DNA of 64,000 bases, from NCBI GenBank assembly GCA_951406725.2, contig OX597814.1:24242001-24306000 (forward strand), written 5' to 3'. The position numbers were made by a program, and so were the translations under genes. Positions 1-12,125 of the stretch are shown in pieces. Every line of letters starts with the position of its first letter. Position 1 is the first letter of the stretch. Under the pieces are notes generated by a model. The model saw only the letters and a list, made by a program, of their open reading frames with translations. It was not told where the DNA came from and made no database searches. Source of the DNA: Octopus vulgaris. Lineage: Eukaryota.

Positions 1-225
1 CCTTAAAATGATGATTTACTTTTTCTCTCAACATTAAGGCCATTACTATAATGAAATAAAATTTCTTTGACTCACTAAATAAGGTATGTTAGCCTTTCAT
101 CCCTCTATTATTTTTGGTAAATTAGACCCCACTGATGTACTAATGTAAATTTGATTGACTATATCTCTTCTCTAAATACATTTAGTATTGTGCCAGGGTA
201 TGAGTCCTTATTAATGGTTGTGATA

Positions 226-444
226 AGGTAGCAAACACGCAGAAATGTTTGCATGTCACACCAAATGGTTAACAGCATTTCTTCTAGCTTTACACTCTGA
301 GTTCAAATTATGCCAAGGTCACCTTTGTCTTTCATCCTTTGGGAATGATAAAATAATTATCAGTTGAGTTTCACGGTTGATTTAATTGACACATCTCCTC
401 CACTAAAATTACCGGCCTTGTGCCAAAATTAAAAAGAATTATTA
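226..444 (+). mobile_element. Decayed tRNA-derived SINE, family A
   Basis: Contains 'ctgagttcaaattatgccaaggtcacctttgtctttcatcc', a diverged version of the B-box/body seen in intact copies at 55549 and 58771; ends 'ggccttgtgccaaaattaaaaagaattatta'. Confidence 0.7.
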
Positions 445-803
445 ATAGGGGTGATAGTAGCAGTGTTAGTACAGGTAGAATTAGTAATGAAGGTATTAGT
501 AGAAGAAATGATAATGTTATTGGTTTTGGTAGACATATTGGAATAATAAGTAACATTCTTAATGTAGTAGTTGTAGCATCAGCCACATGTTAACAGTAGT
601 ATTAACTACACTTGATGTTGTAATTATAATAATTTCAGAAAAAGTTGTTCTTGATGTACAATTTATTTTCTCTTGGCAACTGGAGATTTAGTAACTATTT
701 TACAATGACTAAGAACAGAGAAGTGCATTAGCTATTTACTTTAACTCAGTATGATGAAAAATATTATTCTTGTACAACCTACTCTGGTACAATTGAGAAT
801 TAC

Positions 804-900
804 CATCATCATCATCATCATCATTTAACGTCCGTTTTCCATGCTAGCATTGGTTGGACGGTTCGACTGGGGTCTGGGAAGCCTGGAGGCTGCGCCAGGC
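804..900 (-). mobile_element. RTE LINE 3' terminal fragment with (GAT)n tail
   Basis: (cat)n-ttaacgtccgttttccatgctagcatt-ggttggacgg matches the 3' end of the ORF-bearing RTE at 45772. Confidence 0.85.
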
Positions 901-2151
901 TCTTCAAATGAAAAATTTTGGAAGCAACTAAGGACTCTGTCTAAGAAGGAATCTTATATAAAATGGTCACAAGATTTGAATATTTGGGATCTTAATGCTG
1001 ATATGCCAAAAGAGACCACAATCCTGCTGGTTTTTTTTCTTTTCTTTACATTCTAGCCTATGTACATGCATTCTAAGAGCCACAAATATGGTACAAAACT
1101 GGTCTGAAACAGATACATACACAGTTAAATTTGATAAGATTTTCCATCATGATGAGAATATGAAAGATATTTAAGAATTTTAGTTCTTAAGAAAAATTTG
1201 AGCATCATATCAATAAATTTCGTGTTTGTTTTGAATTCATTTATCAGAAGTCAATAAATTTTGAATTGATTTGACCATAAACTGTGTAAGTAGACCTTAA
1301 ACCTAAATCTTGGCAGCTTTTGTGGATAGCTTTTAGCTCAAAAAGGAGGAATATGAAAAGTTGGCTAAAGCTATTTATAGGAATCTAACTTATGAAGTCA
1401 TGAAGGATACCACCAAGAAGGAACTTGGAAATATTTTTCCTAAATGGTGTAGTACTCACTTTATTGCATGTTTGGTAGAAGAAGAAAAAGCAAATGATGT
1501 TACAGAGATAACTATCAAACGTATTTGGTGGTAAGTCAAATCTCACAAAGAGGGAAGTTAAAGATCATGCAATCTTTTTAAAGTATTTGTGTTTAAACGT
1601 GAAAATGCACTGACTAATATGTGGGGTGCATTTAGTATGCCAGTATTATCTCTGAAAGTACTTGCACATTTACTTGAGAAGCCTAGATACAATTGTTTAT
1701 AGATCCACCAAGTGATATACCGTAAACATCCATGTAATTTGCACACCTGTTTAATTTACACAAGTGATTTTCAGGATAAAAATTGTTAAAGAAGCTTCTA
1801 CTTATATAAAATTCGCACCCAAAAGTTTTCAGAATTGCAGATATGGCATGGAGGTTAGGTTTTCAGTTTAGTCATATATAGCATAATTTCACTTACTTAG
1901 GATTAGATTTAATTAAATCTTCACTAAGTAAAAATAATTTCTGTTTAACAGGTATCCCATTGAAAGCTATTAAATTACAAAATGTCGGTGCTTTGTATAA
2001 TAAACTTTATTCTACATTTCTTGCCCACATGAGATTATGTCCGATCTTTAGCATACTTCTCTATGTCTTCCCAAATCACAATCATGGGAAAAGTTGTTGA
2101 TAATTCTTATCAACAAAAACAAAGCTGATAAATACACAGAAGTGTTGCAAA
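901..2151 (+). pseudogene. Possible decayed protein-coding relic, unidentified
   Basis: Several coding-like open stretches broken by stops and frameshifts, e.g. 1337-1530 LKKEEYEKLAKAIYRNLTYEVMKDTTKKELGNIFPKWCSTHFIACLVEEEKANDVTEITIKRIW. GTAAGT donor-like sites at 1531 and 2152, acceptor-like ...tttaacag at 1951. No family recognised. Confidence 0.2.
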
Positions 2152-3256
2152 GTAAGTTTAATTACCAATAAACATAAACTTGGATGACACTTTACTCAAC
2201 CGACAGAGGAAGGTGACCGATAAAACTGATCATGTAAACAGAATTCTAATTGGTCGAAATTGTCTTCTAGTCTCAAGCTCTGATTTTCTGCCTATTCTTG
2301 TCAGAACCTTTGATACAGAGTATTGAAATTTTAATCCCTTTCACACATATAAAATGTCAAGCAAACTTAAAAATTTATCATTACCATTTTAGCTGGGAGA
2401 CTAAACTGAGAGTTTGGTAACCCGCTAAAATAAACATTAAAAATCGAAAGGAGAAAATAAACAGCTTTGCAAGTTTAACTGAGTGTTTATTGAACAAGAG
2501 AGGTGCGAAATTTAAGAAGTGACTTGTTAGAATATACATGTCTGTGAGGAGACATAACAAGAACAGCAAAAATCTACTATAACAAAAGAACTAGTAATAC
2601 ATACATTACAAGTGTTCTATGAAGAGAACATAAGATTGCTCCATAATTCAACATGAATGTGAAATTACATTAAACATTGTATAAGGTAAATGAAGGTTTC
2701 TGTAGGAACCCTAAGTCATATTCACTTAGTGAGTTTACATTTGCAAGGATGAAATATGATGTTCTCATTGACGTTAGATGCAGTAAGAGCTGGTGGAATG
2801 TATGTGTGAGTCTCTGTGTGTTTATATGTGTATGTACCAATCAATGAATACTAAAGGTCAGAGTAGGAAATTCACATGTGTAGCCAACCATGAATTACAA
2901 ATATGAAATACAACCAAATAGAAGACAATCCCCACTTAAAGGCTAGCCTGTACATTTTCTACTACCTTTCATAGCAGTGGGACAAACATGCTCTTACAGC
3001 TCACACCTTGGGCATTTCAGCCACAACTAAATTCAAACAACTACAAACAGAGATGGCCTTGAAGTCGACAATTTTAAACTAACAGAGACAACACTTGTAT
3101 ATATCACCTGAGGAAACACGACTAGATCTCATTATGCAAACAAGCAGCTGCATAATCAAGTACTTGTATTGTTGGAGAATTACATTGCACTGAAACAATT
3201 GTAGCAAATAAACAAATGTTCAACTGTACTTCCTCCACCTGACTCCAATTACTTCA

Positions 3257-3299
<43 letters not shown>

Positions 3300-3970
3300 A
3301 TCATCATTATCATCATCAGTGTTTAACATCTGCCTTCCATGCTAGCATGGGTGGACACACACACATACACACACATGCACACATATTTATGAAGTTTATG
3401 AGAAAGAGAGACATAAACCAGAAGATATATATATATAAATATATTTATATATAAACATATATATGTATGCATATACATACATGTGTGTGTGTGTATTTAA
3501 TATTAGGAAAACAGAAAGATAAAAGAGAATAAAACTTACAAGCATTTATATTTTAGAGTGTGTGTGTGTAAGATTTCAAAATTATCTCCAGTTCGCAACT
3601 GAATGAAAACATATTTTCAACAATTTAAAACAGATAATCTAATACAGTTTAAACTAAGATAGTCTAAATGTGTATTTTTAAAAATTTCTTACTTCATTTT
3701 ACAGTTTATTCATCTTATTTAAGATAATTGATTTAAGTCATAGATCTGCAGAAGCTGATTATTGTTAATAGGCACATATTTAAGAAGGTTATCTCCCTCC
3801 CTGTATTCTCCTTTATGTTTTTGTTTTTTTTAATATTTACACAAACCATTATATGAACCTGTAGTGAAGTATAGTAACAGCTCAATCACTTTGTTAAACT
3901 TTTAATATGGGAGAGAGAGCATTTCGTAGTTGTTATTTCCTCTTACTGTTTAAAATGCAAAGTATCTGTT

Positions 3971-3985
3971 ACACACAAACATAAA

Positions 3986-4032
<47 letters not shown>

Positions 4033-4228
4033 ATGCACACACATATGCACACACATATATGAACACACACATATACACACACATATATGAACACACACAT
4101 ATGCACACACATATATGAATGTGCACATATGCACACACATATATGAACACACACATATATGAATGTGCACATATGCACACACACATATGCCATACATGCA
4201 CCCATACTTACACCCACACATACATATA
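3971..4228. repeat. (CA)n microsatellite grading into a CATATATGAACACACA-type minisatellite
   Basis: Directly visible; explains the VC/HT-rich ORFs. Confidence 0.95.
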
Positions 4229-4239
4229 TGATGTTTCAT

Positions 4240-4480
4240 CATTCACCATCACCATCATCTTCATCATCATCAGCAGCAGCAGCAGCATCATCATCATTTA
4301 ATGTCTACTTTCCATGCTGGTATAAATTGGATAATTTAATGAGATCTAGTGAGCTGCAAGACAGCATTGAGATTCAGTGTCAGTTTTGGCATAATTTCTA
4401 CAGCTTGATGCCCTTCCTAAAACCAGCCATAAAACTGAGTGTACCGAATGTGTTTTTTGATCCCAATAGCAGGTTGCCAT
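4240..4480 (-). mobile_element. Old RTE 3' end
   Basis: catcatcatttaatgtctactttccatgctgg ... tttctacagcttgatgcccttcctaa; diverged copy of the 45772 tail. Confidence 0.75.
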
Positions 4481-4933
4481 ATAACTTGCAATAGAGAAAA
4501 AGTCCAAGGATGGGGGAAAAAGGAAAAAACACCACTATCAAGTGAGGAGTATTTGAGAGAGGAAAGTGACTTTATGCCAGATGTTGAAAGGCTAAAGTAT
4601 AACAGAGAGACAAGCATGGATACTTTGCTATAGAGGTGGTACATGGCTATCCAACATTACATATATGGGTTGGTGGGAGTAATTAAGAGGGAGATAAAAG
4701 GAAGGTAATGATGGGGTACCAGAGCAAACTCTCAAGGTACAAGTAGGTGAGTATAAGAAAGGGTTAGGGTGAGTCATACAATGGGAGATCATTCTTAAGT
4801 GCTACTGGTACAATATAACCCAGTACAACTTGTTGCATGGCTTGGTGATTGGCAACTAAACTGGAAAACCCAGAAAACCTGTCAAAGTAAGAACAAGATC
4901 AAAATAGTATTAGAAGTGCGAAAAAAAAAAAAA

Positions 4934-4980
4934 GGCGAGCTGGCAGAAACGTTAGCACGCTGGGCGAAATGCGTAGCCGT
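4934..4980 (+). mobile_element. SINE family A head fragment
   Basis: ggcgagctggcagaaacgttagcacgctgggcgaaatgcgtagccgt, nearly identical to the head of the copy at 58771-59001. Confidence 0.85.
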
Positions 4981-6376
4981 GAGTGTAGTGGGTGCTTTTT
5001 ATGCAGAAGAAAAATATTGGTGATTAATATGCTTTCTTCTGTAAATATGCAAAATAATTCCAAGCATGTTTATTTTCATTGGAACAGTTTAGTATAAGTT
5101 GCAGGCGTATGAAATATAACTTGCTGAAGTATTATTAGTTATTGAATTGTCCATTCAACATATAAAAGTGTATATATAGTGATAAAGAGTTATTTAATTA
5201 GTTTCAGCCAAGACCTGGCTGGAGCACTCAGTAATGTAACTAAGGACAAAATAAGTTATTATGAAGAGTCATCAACATAAGATAATTAAGCATTGATTGG
5301 TTGAATGTCAATATAATGTTCTAAATATTAAACCGCCAAAATAAAAAAAAATCCTATTGTAGATTAAAAGAAATCTTTTAAGTAAAGGAAAATTAGTTGA
5401 TGTCCAATATCTTATTATTTGGTGAGTATAGACGTCAATCCTGGCCATGTTTATTCTCTGTGGAAATCTTGAACAGAATTTAAGGCTCCATATTCTTGCC
5501 AACGTTAGCAATCAAACCACTAAGCAAACATGCAAAGATGTAAGAAGACACTTGACCCGTAATTGAAAAGAGCTATATTTTCTCTATTCTGTCCAGGAAG
5601 TGATAATATGAAGAAAAATATGCATGAACTACGTGACTACACTTCTCTCTATTTTTGCTTTACATTCATTTAAAGACCACTTATTGTAAATATGCATTTA
5701 GGGAATTATATACTTTGTGGATAATTAAGGTGGAGGATTATTGATCCAATAAATAGCATTGTGTTTTAGATTTCATCAAACAGTTAAAAAAAATTTTGAA
5801 CTTGGCTCAGACTAGCTTAAAATTGAAATTGTTAGCATTTTGTGATTATAATTTGCAGCTATAAATGAATCTAATGAATCTAATATAAAACATTCATATC
5901 AATATTTTCAGAATTTTGGCAACTTTTCAAACTATTTTGACAATAGGAAAGCAAGTGTATTTTTGCATATACATAAATACATACATATGTACATACATAC
6001 ACACAAACACACACATACACACACTAACATAAACACAAACTGACATGCAAACACACATATAATTAAAGTGGTGGATCACTGAACCAAAAACTGGCATTGT
6101 GATTTATGCTTGTACATTCATATTTTTCTCTCCTCTACACCCACCTTCTCTTTTCTTCCACCTACTCTCTACCACTTGTCCAAGACATAACCCATTTCAA
6201 CCACCAACAATTTCTATTCCTCTCATACACCAAGGTGTTCTAACTTCTTTTAGTCTCCCTTTTCCATACCTCTTTCAACATTTCTCATTCTTCTTTTCCT
6301 GCCCCTACTAAGTTTTCGGCAGATTCACAACCTGCTCCTTCTAATTCTTTAGCATCTCCCCCACAACTCCTCCTTT

Positions 6377-6825
6377 AGAACTGTCATCATCTTACCTTCT
6401 AATTTAACTCTTTTTGAAACTGAATGCTCCCTTCTCTCTAGAGACCACTGGTTCATACTCTTGACTTCTTGTCCTGACAAATTTCTTCCATCTCAATGCT
6501 TGAGCAAATCCTACAACAAACAATTCTGCCATGACCATTCACCTGATCTCTACAGTTCTGGTAATTTTACAAGCCTTAGCTGCCAACAATCCAGCAGGAC
6601 ATTGGCTTATGCCAATTCATAGTTCTGGGCACTATTACCAATCCGTAAATTCTCTTGGGGAACTGTTGAATTATGGAAATGATCTCACTGCCTGAAAATA
6701 AATCCTGCTAAACTCTCTGCATTTTGCTATAATGACACTGTGATCAACCCAACTAAAAATGATTCTGTGGTAATTGTATGCCAGACAGGTGCTTTTAGAG
6801 AGAAAGTATTAACCTATTTGAATAG
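6377..6825 (+). mobile_element. Decayed Penelope-like element, N-terminal part of the RT ORF
   Basis: Translation RTVIILPSNLTLFETECSLLSRDHWFIL resembles the PLE motif VVTIPxxLxLSxxExSVLSKGLxFxP. Downstream DTVINPTKNDSVVIVCQTGAFREKVLTYL resembles DIVIKPADKGGAVVVWxxxxYxxEAxRQL. Confidence 0.55.
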
Positions 6826-6909
6826 AGTTTCCATATTGTGTGTATGCATTTTCAGTGATCAGCTTTTTAAACACATAAGTTATGGGGTAAACTGTATGCA
6901 TTTATATAT

Positions 6910-7116
6910 TGGTTTCAAATTTTGGCACAAAGCAAGTAATTGTGGTAGAGGAGTCCAGTGGATTACATCGACCCCAGTACTCAACTGGTACCTATCTTAC
7001 CGATGTTGAAAGTATGAAAGGCAAAGCTGACCTTGACAGAATTTGGACTCGGGATGTAAAGATGAATGAAATGTTGCTAAGCATTCACCCGGCATTCTAG
7101 CAATTCTGCCAGCCCC
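6910..7116 (-). mobile_element. SINE family A
   Basis: Reverse complement of the family body (gattacatcgaccccagt, atgaaaggcaaagctgacct, ttctgccagc). Confidence 0.85.
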
Positions 7117-8004
7117 CTACATTTTATATATATATTGCAAAACTGTTTTGCATTACCTTTCCTATTTATGCTCATCTTTTCCTCAATCATCTTTTGGCTT
7201 CATTTTCTAAATATTCTATTTTGATGGTTTTCTTTTTGTTCAACCACAGGTAAAGTCTGATCCAGCGGATCTACAGTCAAATAAATTTCAATCATAACTA
7301 TTCTGTCTTTCTAGAAGTATCAGTATCTAATTTATCCATTATGACTTTTTTCCATTTAAGATGAGTACAAATTAGTGTAGACTCATCTGCTATCCTTAGT
7401 AAATTGACTATTTAAATTGAGATTTGATCAGTAGGTCCTGGATATTGCTTCACTTCTTATATTAGTTAATATTCCTGCCTTTTTTAAACTATGCTTTCTC
7501 AACTGCATAATAGTAGTATCAGACAAACTGTTAAAGCAATAATTCCATCATTGACAATTAACTGTATGTAGTTATGAAGAGAAAATCGACCATTTATTCA
7601 GTTCACATAAATTTGGTGAAACACAGAATGTATTAATAGGTGGGACTGAGTTGGCAAATATATAGGCACTGGAGATACTGGCAACAATACAGGTTTTACA
7701 TAAAGAGTAGATGGCACAAACATAACATAGGTTCAGTGACAGGTTATGTTCTACTACATATTGCCATATTAATGAAAATAAACTACTCTGACATACTTTA
7801 AAGGGCTATGAAGATAAATTATTTGCTTATAAGTTACCATGAGCTGAAAGAGATTATGAAATATCCTTAAAATAACTTGTGAAATGATGCAATCGATATA
7901 TTATGGAAATAAATACAATATGTATATTGCAAATATGTAAGAGTGAAAACTAAAGATGATAAGCTACACAAGAAATTGTCAAGGAAATGAAAGAAAATCC
8001 TAGG

Positions 8005-8415
8005 ACCTGAATCAAACTTTGGCATTATAAGTTACACAAACACCAGAACATGGTGCCACTGCATAGTAGCAAATATCACAACATTGCCATCAAGGCACAG
8101 GACTAGATACTGCAACAGCTTGGATTTCAAGGGCCCACAGCTCTTCAGTATGCTCCCAAGAAGCCTTAGAGACCTACATGGGATGGATGTAGGTGTCTTC
8201 AAAGTAAAACTGGATAGATAACGTCCTGTTAAGAGTTCTAGATGACCAGACCTCATAGTAGGAAATGCAAATAACGGTAAAAAAACATCAAACTCACTCA
8301 TTTACTAAAGGCCACTTATCAGAGGAAGTGTCAAGTAATGAAAGTGTAGCAAAACTAATGCTGGCGTCTCAGCATGACTGCAGCTTTTAAGCTGAAACTG
8401 GTAGAAGAATAAAGG
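8005..8415 (+). mobile_element. CR1-group LINE 3' end relic
   Basis: Translation NFGIISYTNTRTWCHCIVANITTLPSRHRTRYCNSLDFKGPQLFSMLPRSLRDLHGMDVGVFKVKLDR matches the C-terminal GPxLFNxLP...FKxxLD motif of CR1-group ORF2. Confidence 0.7.
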
Positions 8416-8770
8416 AATATATACACTGTTCCAATTGTGCAACTCTCAGATATCAAACTTTTTGATAATAAGTACATGCGACTGACACTGTATTCATTTA
8501 CAGTTCATGAAATTGAAGTGGGTCATATGTCTAAAAATATAGAATTATATGTCGATAAAAATATGAAAAATGTGGATCTACTTTAAACACCTATAAATTT
8601 CAGTACTTGTTAAAGATAAAGCCACTATCATACTGTGAGATAACACCCAATATAATAATAATTTTGTAAGCTCCAGTCCAAAAATATGTACTGGAGATGC
8701 ATAGCAAATTGCATTTACATAATTGCAAGCTAAACACAGCGATGTATCAGTTTTCACACAACTGTTTCTC

Positions 8771-8805
8771 ATGGGCCACCACTTCTATCCAACAACAACA
8801 ACAAC

Positions 8806-8856
<51 letters not shown>

Positions 8857-8962
8857 CATTATTATTATTTTGATCTGCGGTAAACACATTCCTTTCAGTA
8901 TGGGCCACCACTTCTATCCAACAACAACAACTATTATTATCATTATTATTATGATTATTATA

Positions 8963-9010
<48 letters not shown>

Positions 9011-9040
9011 TCGATCTGCTGTAAACACATTCCTTTCAGT
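8771..9040. repeat. Two-copy tandem duplication, each copy containing (AAC)n(ATT)n
   Basis: atgggccaccacttctatccaacaac...(att)n...gatctgc.gtaaacacattcctttcagt occurs at 8771-8899 and 8900-9040. Confidence 0.95.
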
Positions 9041-9629
9041 ATTTGATTAAAAATGTCAAGAATTCTCATCCTCTCACAACTGGAAAGTGTCAGGGCTTAT
9101 TTTTAAACTTTTTTTATTTTGTTCTAAACAAAAGAACTTCTAATGATTACATGAATTTCTAAATGATAACATCCAAATCTTGGAATGGAAAATGCAGTGT
9201 TGTTTCAATTATTTTGTCAAGTTCTAGTATGATCTTATATAAGTGTTTTATTTAATTTTAACTACTGGAATTTCCAAATTATATGCTATAATATTGGAGT
9301 ACCCTATTACCATTTTAAAGAATGATAAACAAAACTATTAAGCATCCTTTAGTTTTCTTTGAGTATACACAAATTTCCTAAATTATAGGGAAATAACATT
9401 ATAACTAACAAGAACACAACTCCCATGTTTTGTTTCTTCTACATCAGAGGTGCAAACACACACATACATATGTATTATACATATATATAAAAGAGTAAAG
9501 AGATATATATATATAAAATATATTATATACATGTATATAATATGTTTTATATACATAAACAAAATGTTTTATATATATATATATTTATATAATGTTTTAT
9601 ATATGCAAATATAAAATGTTTTACATATA

Positions 9630-9688
9630 GGTGCAGGAGTGGCTGTGTGGTAAGTAGCTTGCTTACCAACCACATGGTTCTGGGTTCA
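9630..9688 (+). mobile_element. SINE family B head fragment (tRNA-like)
   Basis: ggtgcaggagtggctgtgtggtaagtagcttgcttaccaaccacatggttctgggttca; same head as at 29297 and 32063, with A-box and B-box-like motifs. Confidence 0.85.
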
Positions 9689-10153
9689 TTATAAGCATTT
9701 TTTGTAATTTATTGTGATTAATTTTTCAATATTTAACAAATGAGTTTTTTGCTTTAAATCTAAATAATTCGAAATATATGTTGTGTCCTTTGCCTTTCAT
9801 GACCAGAAATAATCTCTTGAACAAATGTGTTTCATCACAAACAGCTGTAGTTTTAATTAATTGAAATATCATGGCTCTCTACATCAAGTTTGTGAGAATC
9901 TACTTTACTGTTAAAGTTTCATACAGCAAACAATCCCAAGTATTATTTTTTTCTCAGTTACTCTTTTGACATTCATAGAAATTGTGATAGCTCTACTCAT
10001 AGTTCTTTCTGAGCAATTTCGTAATTCTTACTTTAGTCATTAATTTGAGAACCAAAGGGTTAAGGCATTCAGCTGTTCTAATCACTCTTCCTGGAAAACA
10101 GAAACTGGTCTAACTTTATGATGTAATAGTTGCGAGTAGAAATACATTGAGAC

Positions 10154-10386
10154 AAAGTGGCGAGCTTGCAGAAACATTAGCAAGCAGGTGAAATGCTCAG
10201 CGGTATTTCGTCTGCCATTATGTTCTGAGTTCAAATTCCACTGAGGTCGTCTTTGCCCTTCATCCTTTCGGGGTCCATAAATTAAATACCAGTTATGCAC
10301 TGGGGTCGATGTAATCGACTTAATACCTTTGTCTGTCCCTGTTTGTCCCCTCCTGCGGGCAATAAAGAAATAAGAAATAAAAAATA
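10154..10386 (+). mobile_element. SINE family A, near full length, with target-site duplication
   Basis: Full head-to-tail body; flanked by agaaatacattg(a/t)gac at 10138-10153 and 10387-10402. Confidence 0.9.
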
Positions 10387-11939
10387 AGAAATACATTGTG
10401 ACTCTAGAGAAATAAGAAATACATTGTGACTCTAGAGTCGTAGAAACCTTCTTTATTTTTCTTATCTTATGTAGATATCAAAAAGATTTAACAGAAAATA
10501 TATAAAGACAAATTATGATATCATATACAACAGAAATAGTAATATTCTTGTGGCATGATTTTAATGAATATTATAAATATTATCTATTTTATTGTTAAAT
10601 ATATTAAAACGAAATATTTTTTAACATAATTGCATAGTTTGAATAATATCAATCATAGAAAATGTAGTTTGCTTGAGATGAAATGATAATATGAAACTAA
10701 AATTAAAAATTCCCCCTGTTCATTATATCTGCAGATGAGTACAGAATGCTGCAATGAATTGAATTACTTGAACAGAAAGCTAAAAGCCCTTTGACTTTGC
10801 CACAATTCTGTGGTAAAGTGCTACCTTGTGTTTTTATGCAGTAATTAGTAGCCACACATTTATTTGCCTCTTATGATTGAAAAAGTGTTTTAAAAAAATT
10901 AATGAGGTACACATGATTTTATGCTGCTCTGACACAAGTAATTAAAATTTAGGGATTTTGTTTTCTAAAATTCAGACCATTTTAAAAATATTTTTGCATC
11001 ATTTTAGCAAATAAGAAATTGTAACAGCTAATGCAAAAGAGTGTAATATTACATAAAATATGGGGAATAAATGCAGCCACTGTGATGTGCTATATCTTTA
11101 AATTTTGTCTCCTTATATTCCTAATCTAACATAATGAGCTTCTTGAATCAATAAAGGTATCAGAGTCCTGTGAATATCATTATCATTATTCATGATTTTA
11201 TGTCTTTTCCACCTTAACATTCCATACACTAGTCAGAAGTATCATTTTCCTCCAATTATTCTTGTATTATATTTTTTTCTGTGAGATTTTTAGTTGTGAT
11301 AGTAGTTTATACCTGACAACCGATATGAATTGATAATTAAAATTTTGGAATAACTTGATTTTGTTACAAAATTGTTTTTAAATGTATGCTCATCAAAATT
11401 AATTTAGCATTTATTTTGTTACATAATAGTAAAATGAGAAAATTATTAGAATAAATACAGAATAATATAATAGCTTAATCAATTTGAGAGAACAACTACA
11501 CTTGACTTTACCAGTTCCATAGAATGTACCAAAAAGAAATGTAACATTATCATGAAGGATTTTAGTGCTCTTACAGAAAAGATTCTGATCTGGAAATTTT
11601 GATTTCGTTGTGACTTTTTTTTTAATTATGAGAAGAACAATCTATTACTATCTATAACATGTGAGTTATTTATTGGTATACTAGATATGGTTAAAGTAGA
11701 TGATTTCTGTCTGTGGGAGATGTTTAATTTCTTTACTTCATAAAAATATGTTTTAACACTATCAACCTTGAGTCAGAACTTGAGCTCCACATTCAGAACA
11801 CATACGACGTACATATCTAAAATAAGAAAAGAGTAAATGAAACAAATAATTAAAAATGAGGATATTATCTGTAATTAGCAGCCTGAGGAACTAATAGCAA
11901 TATAGCACCATCACTACCATTTATTGATCGAGAACCACA

Positions 11940-12125
11940 TCCCTTTGATTGAGGCCCATTAATATCACTTTTCACTTGAAGTCTTTCATTTTCAGCTGGT
12001 TCCAAGTCATTTTCTGCTGGATACATTTGATTGAATTCTCATTGATCTTCACCAGAATCTTTTAAAATTTGTAGTACTTCATCAGTTGTAAACACAGTAC
12101 ATGTTTGTGTTTTCTTCCTAGATGT
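11940..12125 (-). mobile_element. Possible piggyBac transposase N-terminal relic
   Basis: Minus-strand translation TSRKKTQTCTVFTTDEVLQILKDSGEDQ*EFNQ... resembles the basic stretch, T..EVL..L.DS motif and acidic tract of piggyBac N-termini; contains an internal stop. Confidence 0.3.

Noticed and set aside
9690-10043. piggyBac-type end (aaagggttaa at about 10034-10043)
   Set aside because: Only one terminus is visible; no matching left TIR was found.
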